Below, one piece after another: positions 28,525 through 38,095 of a stretch of 42,253 bases of DNA. Origin of the DNA: Promethearchaeota archaeon (lineage in GTDB: Archaea; Asgardarchaeota; Hermodarchaeia; Hermodarchaeales; Hermodarchaeaceae). Each line of letters begins with the position of its first letter. Position 1 is the stretch's first letter. The DNA lies in NCBI GenBank assembly GCA_048939245.1, contig JBHLPR010000016.1, positions 1-42,253 on the forward strand, read 5' to 3'. A program made the position numbers and the translations under genes. Below the pieces are notes generated by a model. It was not told the DNA's origin and made no database searches. It saw nothing but the letters and a program-made list of their open reading frames with translations.

Positions 28525-28738
28525 ATCCTATTCGTAATGAATCTTATAATTGTTTGAATTGGGGCGAAACGAGGTTCTAGCTTTATAGGAGCTAATGGAA
28601 GGGGAGGTAAGCCTGTGACTTTCCTACTCATATTTGATAACGCAGAAAATTACTTAATCAATCATAAAACCAATTAATTGTTGACTAAAACTAACGGGAG
28701 GAGCTAAAAGCTTTAACAACACGACTAACTGACTTCAC

Positions 28739-29557
28739 GTGACAATGGATTCTGTTGCCTTAGTTGATGTTGAAGAGGATATCACCAAGCCTTTAGAAAC
28801 AGGCTTGAATCTAATCGGTGGTTTTGGTACTCTTAATTCTCCTGTAATCATCAAGCCCAATATCTGTACAATCACGGATAATACGGGATATTCGGTAACG
28901 CATTCTTTCGTCATCGAAATCCTGCTTGAGTTGTTATATGAGCAAGATCCAAATTTGTCTGTGAGGATTGTTGAATCCGACTCCCAGAGTAAGTGGGCAA
29001 ATGAGGCCTTTACAAAATTCGGCTATACAGAGCTAGCTGCCAAGTTCAAGAAAAGGGAGTATGATATCGAACTTGTCAACCTTAGTGAAAGTGTAACCGA
29101 ACCCGTTTCCTTCAAGGGAAATTACTTTACTGACCCTAAACTCCCCCATATTCTTACAAAAGCAGGGTATGTTATTTCAGTAGCACAGGCTAAAACCCAT
29201 TACTTGACATCGATAACTGGTGTCTTGAAGAACCTCATTGGATTCCTTCCGCGAAAGACACAAAGTTACTATCACCCTAATATCAACGAAGTCATCGTTG
29301 ATTTAAACCGCCTTATCCCAATCGATCTGAGTATTGTCGATGCACGTATGGGTGTAGAGGGATGGAATGGCCCCATGACGATTCCCCTGAACAAATTCGT
29401 TCTTGGACATAAACCTGTTTCAGTGGATAGTGTACTCGCCCAGCTCATGAATTGTGAACCTACACAGATTCAACACCTCGTACAGTGTGAGAAATATGGG
29501 CTCGGAACCTTAACTCCACAGATTATTCGTACCCCGGAGAGCAATAAAAATGTCTAG
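28739..29557 (+). CDS. DUF362 family protein
   Basis: IIKPNI, IVESD, AKTH...TGVLKN, PVSVDSV motifs. Confidence 0.85.
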   Translation: MTMDSVALVDVEEDITKPLETGLNLIGGFGTLNSPVIIKPNICTITDNTGYSVTHSFVIEILLELLYEQDPNLSVRIVESDSQSKWANEAFTKFGYTELAAKFKKREYDIELVNLSESVTEPVSFKGNYFTDPKLPHILTKAGYVISVAQAKTHYLTSITGVLKNLIGFLPRKTQSYYHPNINEVIVDLNRLIPIDLSIVDARMGVEGWNGPMTIPLNKFVLGHKPVSVDSVLAQLMNCEPTQIQHLVQCEKYGLGTLTPQIIRTPESNKNV

Positions 29558-30032
29558 ACCTTCAACCCAGCAGGTATTTACTGACCTCGAGTTCTATCTT
29601 TGGCGAATCCGATATGCCCCTGAACAAGAATGGCACCCAGAAATTATGATTATGGTTTCAGAAAAGACCCGCTCCACCCTGCAAGAAGCGGTTACATCAA
29701 TGATAACAGACTTCAAGCAATATGGGGAAAGCACTCGAAAGTTCCTGTGTAATCCTCCTGAAGATATTGACGTACAACGTTATGCGAAAGAAAATAACGC
29801 GGAAATAGAATGGTTGATTTGGCTAATACTCCGGATGCATCCTGTAAGTTCACCTAAAGCAAAATATGAACTGAAAAACAAGGCAGTGACCATTTTTCTA
29901 GATGAACAAGAAGCATCAGAGCTGCTTGGAATTCTTGATAACCAATTGAACCCACAGAGCAAGCACTTCCAGGGTCAATCAGTACATAAGGGGCTTTATT
30001 TTGTTAAGGATTGGCTAGGAGCAAAGAAATAG
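29550..30032 (+). CDS. hypothetical protein
   Basis: 160-aa ORF overlapping the DUF362 stop; GGAG SD. Confidence 0.7.
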   Translation: MSRPSTQQVFTDLEFYLWRIRYAPEQEWHPEIMIMVSEKTRSTLQEAVTSMITDFKQYGESTRKFLCNPPEDIDVQRYAKENNAEIEWLIWLILRMHPVSSPKAKYELKNKAVTIFLDEQEASELLGILDNQLNPQSKHFQGQSVHKGLYFVKDWLGAKK

Positions 30033-30048
30033 AGGGATGAGAAGGCTG

Positions 30049-30132
30049 TTACCAGTCCTCCTCATCATCTTCGTCCCAGTCTTCTTCCCATTCTTCTTCT
30101 TCGTCTTCAGGGGGGTGATCCCAAGGGTTCAT
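30049..30132 (-). CDS. 27-aa acidic Trp-rich micropeptide MNPWDHPPEDEEEEWEEDWDEDDEEDW
   Basis: Manual translation; GGAGGT SD 6 nt before ATG; synonymous codons vary (GAA/GAG, GAC/GAT); below the ORF-track cutoff. Confidence 0.75.
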   Translation of the reverse strand: MNPWDHPPEDEEEEWEEDWDEDDEEDW

Positions 30133-30274
30133 TTTTAGACCTCCATTAATGGTTCTACATGATAATGTTCGACAGAGAATTCAACCCCTACACGTTGAGT
30201 TGCGCAGGAGATGCACTCCTGGTTTTTGAGTAGAGGTTGAGCAGGTGAGGGAATCATTCACTGATAAAAAGCAG

Positions 30275-30343
30275 TTATTTCTTGCCTTTCTTTTCAGTGG
30301 TTTTTCCCTTGCTCTTTTTCTTTCCTGATTTCTTTTTGGCCAT
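30275..30343 (-). CDS. 22-aa Lys-rich micropeptide MAKKKSGKKKSKGKTTEKKGKK
   Basis: Manual translation, ATG to TAA; mixed AAA/AAG codons; weak GTGGT SD. Confidence 0.6.
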   Translation of the reverse strand: MAKKKSGKKKSKGKTTEKKGKK

Positions 30344-30546
30344 GAGAACCACAGCATTCAATGCCCATACATGGAGTTGTAAATGTAAATTTTTGAGTAT
30401 GGAAAAACACCAATTTCACGGTCGAAATCGAAAAATAAAGCCCCAAACTGTTTCTTCTGAATAAGAAAAGCGAGATTTCGTTCATTCGGAAATTTGGATT
30501 CCAATTGTGTTTGAAATGAAAAAAATAGGGAAGAAATGACGTTATT

Positions 30547-31389
30547 TTAGGTGTCACAAATATCTAGTTGGTGGCGGACTCGAGTAACAGCGGATGCAAC
30601 TCGACCCACTATATCAGTGATATCTATCCCGAATTCGTTTTGGAAGAATTGAGATTGTTTTCTAAGTAGACGCAGTTGTAGTCGCAACTCTAAGAATGGC
30701 TGTTTGAAACGTTTTATTTTATTAGCCTGCGAAGAGGCGTTCTTGATTTCAAAATAGACTTTACGACAACGTCTCACAATTCCTTGGGCACGTTTTTGAA
30801 GATGCGATCGAACTAGTTGAGGAATCACCGTCTCATTGGCGGTACCAACTAATTCCAATCGTGGAGCATACCATACTGGAGTTCCTAATTCCAAGAGTCT
30901 AGACATAAACTCGGCTGGACGAAGTAAGGCAGGTGAATACTGGCGAACACGCTTGGTGCGTATTTGAGGGAGTAGAAACAAACCAGGTCGAATTCGTATT
31001 AAAGGAGTCCGCTGAATACATCGAGACAATTTTCTTCGTTGAAAATCATTTTTTAGAGGAGCAAAGAACACTAAGAGAAACCGTCGCATATTCTTTTGAA
31101 AAACCTTAGATGAAGTTTTACTGATTCGAGTTATTTCTCGTCGTGGAACAAAAGTAAGTATGTTTGAGTTCTCCAGATAAGGAATGAAAGGATCTGATTT
31201 CTTACGCCTTCTTTGTGCATATAGCCCAGATCGCAAACACACAATTGTATGTTGCATGGACGGAAGCTTCTTCTCTCTAGTAATAAAATACTTAGAAAAC
31301 CCTTTCAGCATTGTAATGGAACTGTGTCCAAGCTCCGCTGACCCCTCTGTAGTTGAGCAAATTACATCATCCTTTGGGATTGATGTCAT
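30547..31389 (-). CDS. basic protein with ChrB-N/PaaX-central (Cas2-like ferredoxin) pattern; true start probably downstream of the annotated one
   Basis: RFLLVFFAP...RRKLSR...LIRIRPGLFLLP followed by a helical C-terminus resembles the ChrB pattern; very Arg/Lys-rich. Confidence 0.5.
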   Translation of the reverse strand: MTSIPKDDVICSTTEGSAELGHSSITMLKGFSKYFITREKKLPSMQHTIVCLRSGLYAQRRRKKSDPFIPYLENSNILTFVPRREITRISKTSSKVFQKNMRRFLLVFFAPLKNDFQRRKLSRCIQRTPLIRIRPGLFLLPQIRTKRVRQYSPALLRPAEFMSRLLELGTPVWYAPRLELVGTANETVIPQLVRSHLQKRAQGIVRRCRKVYFEIKNASSQANKIKRFKQPFLELRLQLRLLRKQSQFFQNEFGIDITDIVGRVASAVTRVRHQLDICDT

Positions 31390-31495
31390 CTTGTTGAAAA
31401 GGTACTAAATCTTACTATTTTTCCCCAATAGCAAGTGGTATTTTACCCTTTCTATTTCGAGCAATTGACAACTGTCGGATGGAGATTTCACTAAG

Positions 31496-34426
31496 TTAGG
31501 AGCTAGATCGGACTGTGAGGTAGAAATATTCTGTTTCCGTATGGACACCATCCACAATGATGCGTAACTCGATGATGAATGTCGAAAGGAGTATTCCAAG
31601 TTCTAAGTTCTTCGCATGGATAGTAATCGTCCCACCCATTAGGTCCATGGGGTACATGGTGGACATACCGACATTGTAAAGGTAAAGTCCACCAGAATAA
31701 GTGGGCGTGATGTTGGCACCATGATAGATGACATCGAAGTTGGAGCCATAGGTAGCAAGTTGGATGGTAACGTCGTTGGTGGTAGTGTTCCCGTTCTTCA
31801 CTAGATAGTTTAAGTAAGTATCCTCGCCCACATTAATGTCGAAGGGATCAAGGTTTGTCTCAACAAAATTTACTCCTGTCACTGTCTGATTATAACCGAA
31901 GAAGAACTTCGCGTATGCTTCTGCTACAGTTGCACCATATGATACATGGTTGATATCTTCAGCCTCCACCATGCCTACATATACAAGGGTTTCAACCAAG
32001 GATTGTCCTTGAGCTTGTTCAGCGTAGACAGGGAACAAGTAGATGAGCTTTTCACTCAACGTCATTAATAGTCGGTTGCCAATTCGGTAGGGTTGGATGA
32101 GTACGAGGTCCGAACGGGCTTGTTGTTCGAAACTTTCAACAGCAGGATCTACTCCAAAGACAGGACTGGTGGGGACTTGAGTTGAAGGGTCAAGGGTGCC
32201 AGCACGGGCAAAGACGCCGGTTCCAACTTCAGGTCCATTCTTGAAGAGGTAAAATCCTGCCATTTTTTGGGCTTCGTGGCGAATGTAGCGGACAGCTTGG
32301 TATCCAACCCAATTTAGGGTACCATTGAAGGGAAAGAGCACATAATGAATATCAGGTTGGCTGCTAGGTTTTTCGAAGAAGTCCGAATAATTACGCCAAA
32401 CCCACGGGTTATTGACATGATAGTAGAAGTCAACGGCGAGCTGGTAATCAATGAGTGCTTCGGGATATCGGAGCTGATCTTCGAGCCATAAGGGGACATC
32501 AACCCAAGGATACCAGGTTTCGTAAAGTGACTCGATGAAAAATTGAGCAGGATCAGCATTGGGATTGCGGACCCAGGTAATTTCTCCATTTGCACAGTTA
32601 ATCACCGCAAAGCCAAGAAGGCGTAGATATGCAGACTGGGCATATTGTAATTGCATGGGATACCCGCTAAATATAGGAACACAGTAGTAGGCTTCACGGT
32701 CGATACGATTGAAAACTAAGTAGGGATCATTGTCAGTATACATGAAGGGCAAAAGAATTGCTTGAACTCTTTCTTGGATGTCACGGTGCATTAAGATATT
32801 AGCAACAGGTTCATTGAATGCAAGCCAAGTGAAGCTTAGATCATCAATACTCCATATTAGCTTCTTTAGACCCAGCTCAGCTCCTGAAAGTCGGTAATCG
32901 GGTTCCCCTTCCCAACTATAGACTCCAGTTTCTGGAGCAATCGAGGTATCCACAAGTACAAAGCCTTCGAACCCATTGTTGTAACTACTGGGTGGGCTTT
33001 CACCATAATAAATAGGCATATTAGCATTTACACCGAAGATGCTGTAGAACTGGCTTGCTGAGAGAAATTCACCAGTGGCACTACTTGCATCCAGTGCCGA
33101 AGCGCCTTCAGCGTGTGTGTAGAGGATATACTCTTTATGGAAGTCATCTCGGCTAGGTGGTGTGAGTGAATAAGGAGTTATCCAATATTCGCGGCCCCCA
33201 ACAAAAACAATGTCGCTGTCAGAAAGTGACATCCAGTTGGCGATAGTTTGGCTTCGCATTTTATTTCGGCTAGCTTCGAAGTCCCAGAGCCTAGCGTGTC
33301 CTAATATTTCCCCATCTGAGACACTTGTATTATTGACTAAAGACTCATAGGGAAGTTCACTAACATCGGGCCCTCCAGCCCAGTTGGTGAATTGAATTTC
33401 TTTGGTTACTAACGGATCCCAGTGCCAGGGTTCCCACATTTGTCCTTGGATTGGTCCTGCCACAAGATAACCTGTGTAGAGAGCAGGTCCAGCAATGAGC
33501 ACAACTGTAACGATGCCTAGTCCCATATAGATCCGCCGGTTCATTCGGGGAACCTCTCCTGCACGCCCATATCGTCCAAAGATGGTAAAACCGAAGGAAA
33601 TAGCACACACAGTGGTAAAGAAGACAAAGAGAATGAGAATTTGGATTACAAAAAATTGAGTGCCTACATCAACTTCAATATAAGGGACTCCAAGTAATAC
33701 CCAGAAAAGCGCTAAGACAACTAGAAAGGAAATTGAAGCTAATACCCGAATTTCAGGGTATTCGGTTGACCCTCCAATGCGACCAAAATAGTGGATAAGG
33801 TCAAGAACCACACGAACAGCGATGACGATGAGTAGAAGGGTCATGAAGGTAAACAAAATCGTATATTGCACTTCGATAGTAGAGATCAGGTTGGCAACGA
33901 CATCAGCAGACACCATGGGATTGAAAATCAATTGAAACACTTCTGTTACCTGACCCCAGTTACCCACTCCTGAAGCAGAACTCTGGAATAACAAAGCCAC
34001 ATATCGCATATTCTCAGTGAAGATGAAGGTTAAGAGTAAATACGAGCCTGCAAACAGAAGGGCTTTCCACCCAACAACCATATACCATGGTGGTATACGT
34101 CGACTGCTTAACCGATCACTCATATAGATAAGGTTAAGCGTCTTTGATTCCCAGGGCAGTCCAACAAAGGTAATAATCAGAGCCATAGGTACGCCAACAA
34201 AGAAGAGCAGTCCATTAAGAGAGTAGGTGGCCCACCACGATACACCTGCCTTGGTCAAGTACATGACATCCAGCATCTTCCAATCTAAGAACATATTCTG
34301 AATGCCAATCGCGGAAACAGCAATTACAGCAATAATGATTGCTACGACAATGATTCCAACGAGAATTTTTCGTCGTGCTCCACTAATTGTTATTATACGA
34401 CGAGAATCGTAACCCAAATCTGACAC
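31496..34426 (-). CDS. UPF0182 family membrane protein with C-terminal beta-rich extension
   Basis: N-terminal multi-TM region; ARLWD, LYTH-EG, IYYGE, RDIQERV-xILLPF-xxD-DPY, QLRYPE motifs. Confidence 0.88.
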   Translation of the reverse strand: MSDLGYDSRRIITISGARRKILVGIIVVAIIIAVIAVSAIGIQNMFLDWKMLDVMYLTKAGVSWWATYSLNGLLFFVGVPMALIITFVGLPWESKTLNLIYMSDRLSSRRIPPWYMVVGWKALLFAGSYLLLTFIFTENMRYVALLFQSSASGVGNWGQVTEVFQLIFNPMVSADVVANLISTIEVQYTILFTFMTLLLIVIAVRVVLDLIHYFGRIGGSTEYPEIRVLASISFLVVLALFWVLLGVPYIEVDVGTQFFVIQILILFVFFTTVCAISFGFTIFGRYGRAGEVPRMNRRIYMGLGIVTVVLIAGPALYTGYLVAGPIQGQMWEPWHWDPLVTKEIQFTNWAGGPDVSELPYESLVNNTSVSDGEILGHARLWDFEASRNKMRSQTIANWMSLSDSDIVFVGGREYWITPYSLTPPSRDDFHKEYILYTHAEGASALDASSATGEFLSASQFYSIFGVNANMPIYYGESPPSSYNNGFEGFVLVDTSIAPETGVYSWEGEPDYRLSGAELGLKKLIWSIDDLSFTWLAFNEPVANILMHRDIQERVQAILLPFMYTDNDPYLVFNRIDREAYYCVPIFSGYPMQLQYAQSAYLRLLGFAVINCANGEITWVRNPNADPAQFFIESLYETWYPWVDVPLWLEDQLRYPEALIDYQLAVDFYYHVNNPWVWRNYSDFFEKPSSQPDIHYVLFPFNGTLNWVGYQAVRYIRHEAQKMAGFYLFKNGPEVGTGVFARAGTLDPSTQVPTSPVFGVDPAVESFEQQARSDLVLIQPYRIGNRLLMTLSEKLIYLFPVYAEQAQGQSLVETLVYVGMVEAEDINHVSYGATVAEAYAKFFFGYNQTVTGVNFVETNLDPFDINVGEDTYLNYLVKNGNTTTNDVTIQLATYGSNFDVIYHGANITPTYSGGLYLYNVGMSTMYPMDLMGGTITIHAKNLELGILLSTFIIELRIIVDGVHTETEYFYLTVRSSS

Positions 34427-34569
34427 CTTTTCAGCTAATTTGACTTTCTGTTTTCTACAACTACCCTAGAAATACGGCTTTAAGACTTTTGATAAGCCGC
34501 CAGGGATAACGGTTGCAAAAGGGTTAAGTTCATCTATTCGGAATCACTGGCAGAATCGGTGGAACCAAG

Positions 34570-35388
34570 ATGAGGAAGAAATTGGTCGTCTCCGTATCAG
34601 GTAAAGGAGGCACAGGAAAAACCACTATCGCAGCCTTATTGCTTCACACTTTACTCCGCCATACAAAACATCAACTCTTGGTGGTTGATGCAGATCCCGT
34701 AATGAACCTCCCTGCGATGTTAGACATCTCTGTTGGAATGAGTGTAGGCGAAGCAGCTACACAGCTCCGTCAAGACATTGATGCAGGAAATATTCCCGCC
34801 GCTTCTTCGAAACAAGATCGTTTGGAAGGTGAAGTCTATGAAGCTCTTGTTGAAGGCGATCAATTTGATTTTTTGGCAATGGGCCGGACTGAAGGAGAAG
34901 GGTGCTATTGTTATGTTAACCGAGTACTTACGCAAATTCTCGATACCATCACGGCGAACTATGATGTAACACTCCTTGACATGGATGCTGGCCTCGAGCA
35001 CCTGAGTCGCCGTACAGACCGAAATGTGGATGTCTTAATCATTATTATCGACCCATCCAAAATGGCCTTCGATGCAGCGGTACGGATTAAAGAATTGGCG
35101 AAAGAAGTTCATATTGATTTTAAGCGAACCTGGGTGATTGCCAATCGATTTCCGTCTTCAATGATTGATGAAGTTGCTGCAACACTTGAAACTAAACTCA
35201 ATGCTGTCGGACTTGAACTTGCAGGGATTGTTCCTGCAGATGATCAAATTGCCGAGTTTAATCTAAAAGGAAAATCTCTCCTTAAACTCCCAGATGAGCA
35301 TCCTGCAGTCGTTGCAGTTGATGCAATCGCAAAACGAATCGGCCTGCTCAGCGAAGAAGAACTCCTCGAACTCCTTGGACGTGCATAA
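34570..35388 (+). CDS. cooC: CooC/AcsF-type nickel-insertion ATPase
   Basis: SGKGGTGKTT, VDADP, EGEGCYC, DMDAGLEHLSR. Confidence 0.88.
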   Translation: MRKKLVVSVSGKGGTGKTTIAALLLHTLLRHTKHQLLVVDADPVMNLPAMLDISVGMSVGEAATQLRQDIDAGNIPAASSKQDRLEGEVYEALVEGDQFDFLAMGRTEGEGCYCYVNRVLTQILDTITANYDVTLLDMDAGLEHLSRRTDRNVDVLIIIIDPSKMAFDAAVRIKELAKEVHIDFKRTWVIANRFPSSMIDEVAATLETKLNAVGLELAGIVPADDQIAEFNLKGKSLLKLPDEHPAVVAVDAIAKRIGLLSEEELLELLGRA

Positions 35389-35504
35389 CCTTAACAGAAT
35401 ACGCAAGACGAAGCCTTTAGGATACCAGAAACACAAGTCTTTTCTGAACGTAACACAAGGTAAGACCGGATATTGAGGGTGCGCTGAGAAGGAGATAGGT
35501 AATC

Positions 35505-36407
35505 ATGTCCTCAGAAATATATCTCATTAAAGGGGATAATCGAAGCCAAGCTATCCCCCAATTACTTGAACAATTTCGTCTAAAACAATTTAAGAACAAA
35601 AATATTGCAATAAAAGCCAACTATAATAGTGCTGATCCTTATCCTGCGCAGACCCATCCTGAAACCCTCAAAACACTAATTAAAAGTTTACAAAATGCAG
35701 GAAGCAAAGAGATAGTGCTGGCTGAACGCAGCGGAATGGGCGATACCAGAGAAGTTCTTGAAAAAGGTGGGATAATTAATCTCGCCAAAAAACTTCAGTT
35801 CAAAATCCAGGTACTTAATGATTTACCTTTATCCGGTTGGCTACATTTCGATATTGAAGGATCACATTGGGATCGAGGATTCCTCTTTGCACGAATGTTC
35901 ATTGATGCTGATTGCATTGTCCAAACCTGTTGCCTGAAAACACACAAATTCGGAGGACACTTTACGCTTTCACTGAAGAACTCGGTAGGTATGGTTGCCC
36001 GATATAACCCTCAGGACGGTTACGATTACATGGGTGAACTCCATGGTTCCCCTCATCAACGAGAAATGATAGCAGAAATCAATACCGCTTATGAACCTCA
36101 ACTCATACTCATGGACGGTGTCGACGCTTTTATTCAGGGTGGACCTGCAGTCGGTGAAAAGGTGAATCCGAAGATGTTACTTGCGGCAACTGACCGGGTC
36201 GCGCTAGATGCTGTGGGTGTTGCCATTCTTCGCCATTATCGGACCACAGAAGAGGTTGATGCAGGTTCGATATTTCAACAAGAACAACTTGCTAGGGCTA
36301 TTGACTTAGGCTTGGGTGCACGTTCATTAAAAGATATTAAACTTATCCCTCTTGACGATTACTCAGAAAGATTCTCAGAAGACATAGTAACGCAATTTGC
36401 AAAATAA
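35505..36407 (+). CDS. DUF362 family protein
   Basis: IKANYN...THP, LKTH...FTLSLKNSVG, DRVALDAV. Confidence 0.88.
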   Translation: MSSEIYLIKGDNRSQAIPQLLEQFRLKQFKNKNIAIKANYNSADPYPAQTHPETLKTLIKSLQNAGSKEIVLAERSGMGDTREVLEKGGIINLAKKLQFKIQVLNDLPLSGWLHFDIEGSHWDRGFLFARMFIDADCIVQTCCLKTHKFGGHFTLSLKNSVGMVARYNPQDGYDYMGELHGSPHQREMIAEINTAYEPQLILMDGVDAFIQGGPAVGEKVNPKMLLAATDRVALDAVGVAILRHYRTTEEVDAGSIFQQEQLARAIDLGLGARSLKDIKLIPLDDYSERFSEDIVTQFAK

Positions 36408-36831
36408 AATCAGTACAACTTTTTTGTCACTGAGAACAGTACAGAAACACTTTTGCCAAGCCTTTAATCAAAATAATCAAAGTTCTGTTTTACCGAATAG
36501 CTTCTCGTTTGAAGTTAGGGGCTTAGAAGGTGAGACCAACTAGAAGTAGAGTTCTGTTAGGAAAAGTTGGAGTGTATAGTCTGTTCATGATCGTATTACT
36601 TCTAATTCCATTTGCACCCGCATATTCCCCTTTTAAAGTGAATCTAGTAGAAGAAAAGCAGCTTAAGAAACCTGATAAAGAAATCATAAGCAGTTCAATT
36701 CAATGATTTTAGGTAAAAATAGTAAAACGCAAAGTGTTGGTTAATAAAGAATGCGTGCAAATAGATTTTTAATAGCAGTTCCTTGAGGGGTTTTAGACAT
36801 TGTCTGATTTCCATTAGGGGTATGATACAGT

Positions 36832-37278
36832 ATGGGATTTCTTGATCGCCTAAAAACACCTAAGGGTACAATTAATGTAATTTTTGATAAGGAGTACCAA
36901 AGTCTGAGAGAAGGCCTTTCAGGTACTCTGCAGGTCTCAGCCTCTGAAGAGTTTAATGCAGAGGAGTTGCGCCTTGAAATTCATGTCACCGAATGGACAC
37001 AAGCTACCGAACAACGAAAACAGGGTGACCAAACGATTACGGTTACAGCAAAACAGACCAAAGTGTTACATCAAGGAAAACATGCTGTGTATGGTCAAAT
37101 GCAATTCACAAATGGCTTTTCGCAGCAAATTCCCTTTAACGTGCACCTACCACCTGGAATACCACCAACATATCAAAGCCAAAATGTTCGGACGACCTGG
37201 TTAGTCAAAGGGGTCATAGAGGTTTCCGGTCGACCTGATATCACTAGCCACGAAACAGAAATGAAAGTCACTTACTAA
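36832..37278 (+). CDS. arrestin-N / SpoOM-like beta-sandwich protein
   Basis: GTLQV...LRLEI-xxxE...IPF-xVxLP-xxIPPT...WLVKGVI-xVxGRPD pattern. Confidence 0.7.
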   Translation: MGFLDRLKTPKGTINVIFDKEYQSLREGLSGTLQVSASEEFNAEELRLEIHVTEWTQATEQRKQGDQTITVTAKQTKVLHQGKHAVYGQMQFTNGFSQQIPFNVHLPPGIPPTYQSQNVRTTWLVKGVIEVSGRPDITSHETEMKVTY

Positions 37279-37287
37279 GAAGTTCTT

Positions 37288-37938
37288 TCACTTTCTCCCC
37301 ATATTTTTAAGCATTTCAATAACTTCTCGATCGGGAACATCATACCAGTTTTGATACGCGTCAGCCACTGCAAATACATAACCCCATCCAATATGAGGGC
37401 AAATCAGCTCATCGACGACTTCTTGCACTTTTGATACAGCGCTTGACGAAGCTGTTGGCACCGCCACAATTATTTTTTGGGGTCTCAGTTGTCTAACCGA
37501 TTCAACGGCAGCCAGCATTGTATATCCAGAGGCTAAGCCATCATCAACCAATACGACAATACGCCGTTCAGGCGAATAGCGACCAGTAAGACTCTTAAAC
37601 GCACTTTTTCGCTTTTCAATTTGCTCTCGAGTCCGTTGAATCACTTGCTCAATATCCGCCTTACTCAATCCAATTCGACTAACAAGTGTCTCATTGAGAA
37701 TGACCGTTCCCAAGGATGTGAGAGCCCCAAACCCCGCCTCCGGATTGTACGGAATTTGAAGCTTTCTGACAATCAACAAATCCAAATCACAACCCAGCAT
37801 TTCTGCGATTGGCCCTGCCACCGCTAGTCCACCATTTGGAATAGCTAGGATTAATGGAACTTCCGTCAACGCGAAGGCTAGGAGTTTCTCGCCTAATACT
37901 TTCCCGGCTGAAGCACGATCTTGATATTGTGCACTCAA
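37288..37938 (-). CDS. phosphoribosyltransferase family protein
   Basis: DR-xxAG, LAIPNGG, VRKL-xxP-xNPE, VLVDDGLASGYT PRPP loop. Confidence 0.92.
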   Translation of the reverse strand: MSAQYQDRASAGKVLGEKLLAFALTEVPLILAIPNGGLAVAGPIAEMLGCDLDLLIVRKLQIPYNPEAGFGALTSLGTVILNETLVSRIGLSKADIEQVIQRTREQIEKRKSAFKSLTGRYSPERRIVVLVDDGLASGYTMLAAVESVRQLRPQKIIVAVPTASSSAVSKVQEVVDELICPHIGWGYVFAVADAYQNWYDVPDREVIEMLKNMGRK

Positions 37939-38095
37939 TCAGAACACCTGAATCCTAGAAATATTCAGTTCTATCTTTTTAACCCATAAATAGACTCCAT
38001 AAAATCCTACCCATCTTTGAAATCAGAGCTTTTTTGAAGGAAAAGGCATTTGTTCAACTTGTTTATAATCATGTGTTAATTGGAGCCTGATTTTA

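Noticed and set aside
30294-30557. 87-aa minus-strand ORF and 60-aa plus-strand ORF at 30282..30464
   Set aside because: Non-protein-like composition; they overlap the more plausible Lys-rich micropeptide in another frame or strand
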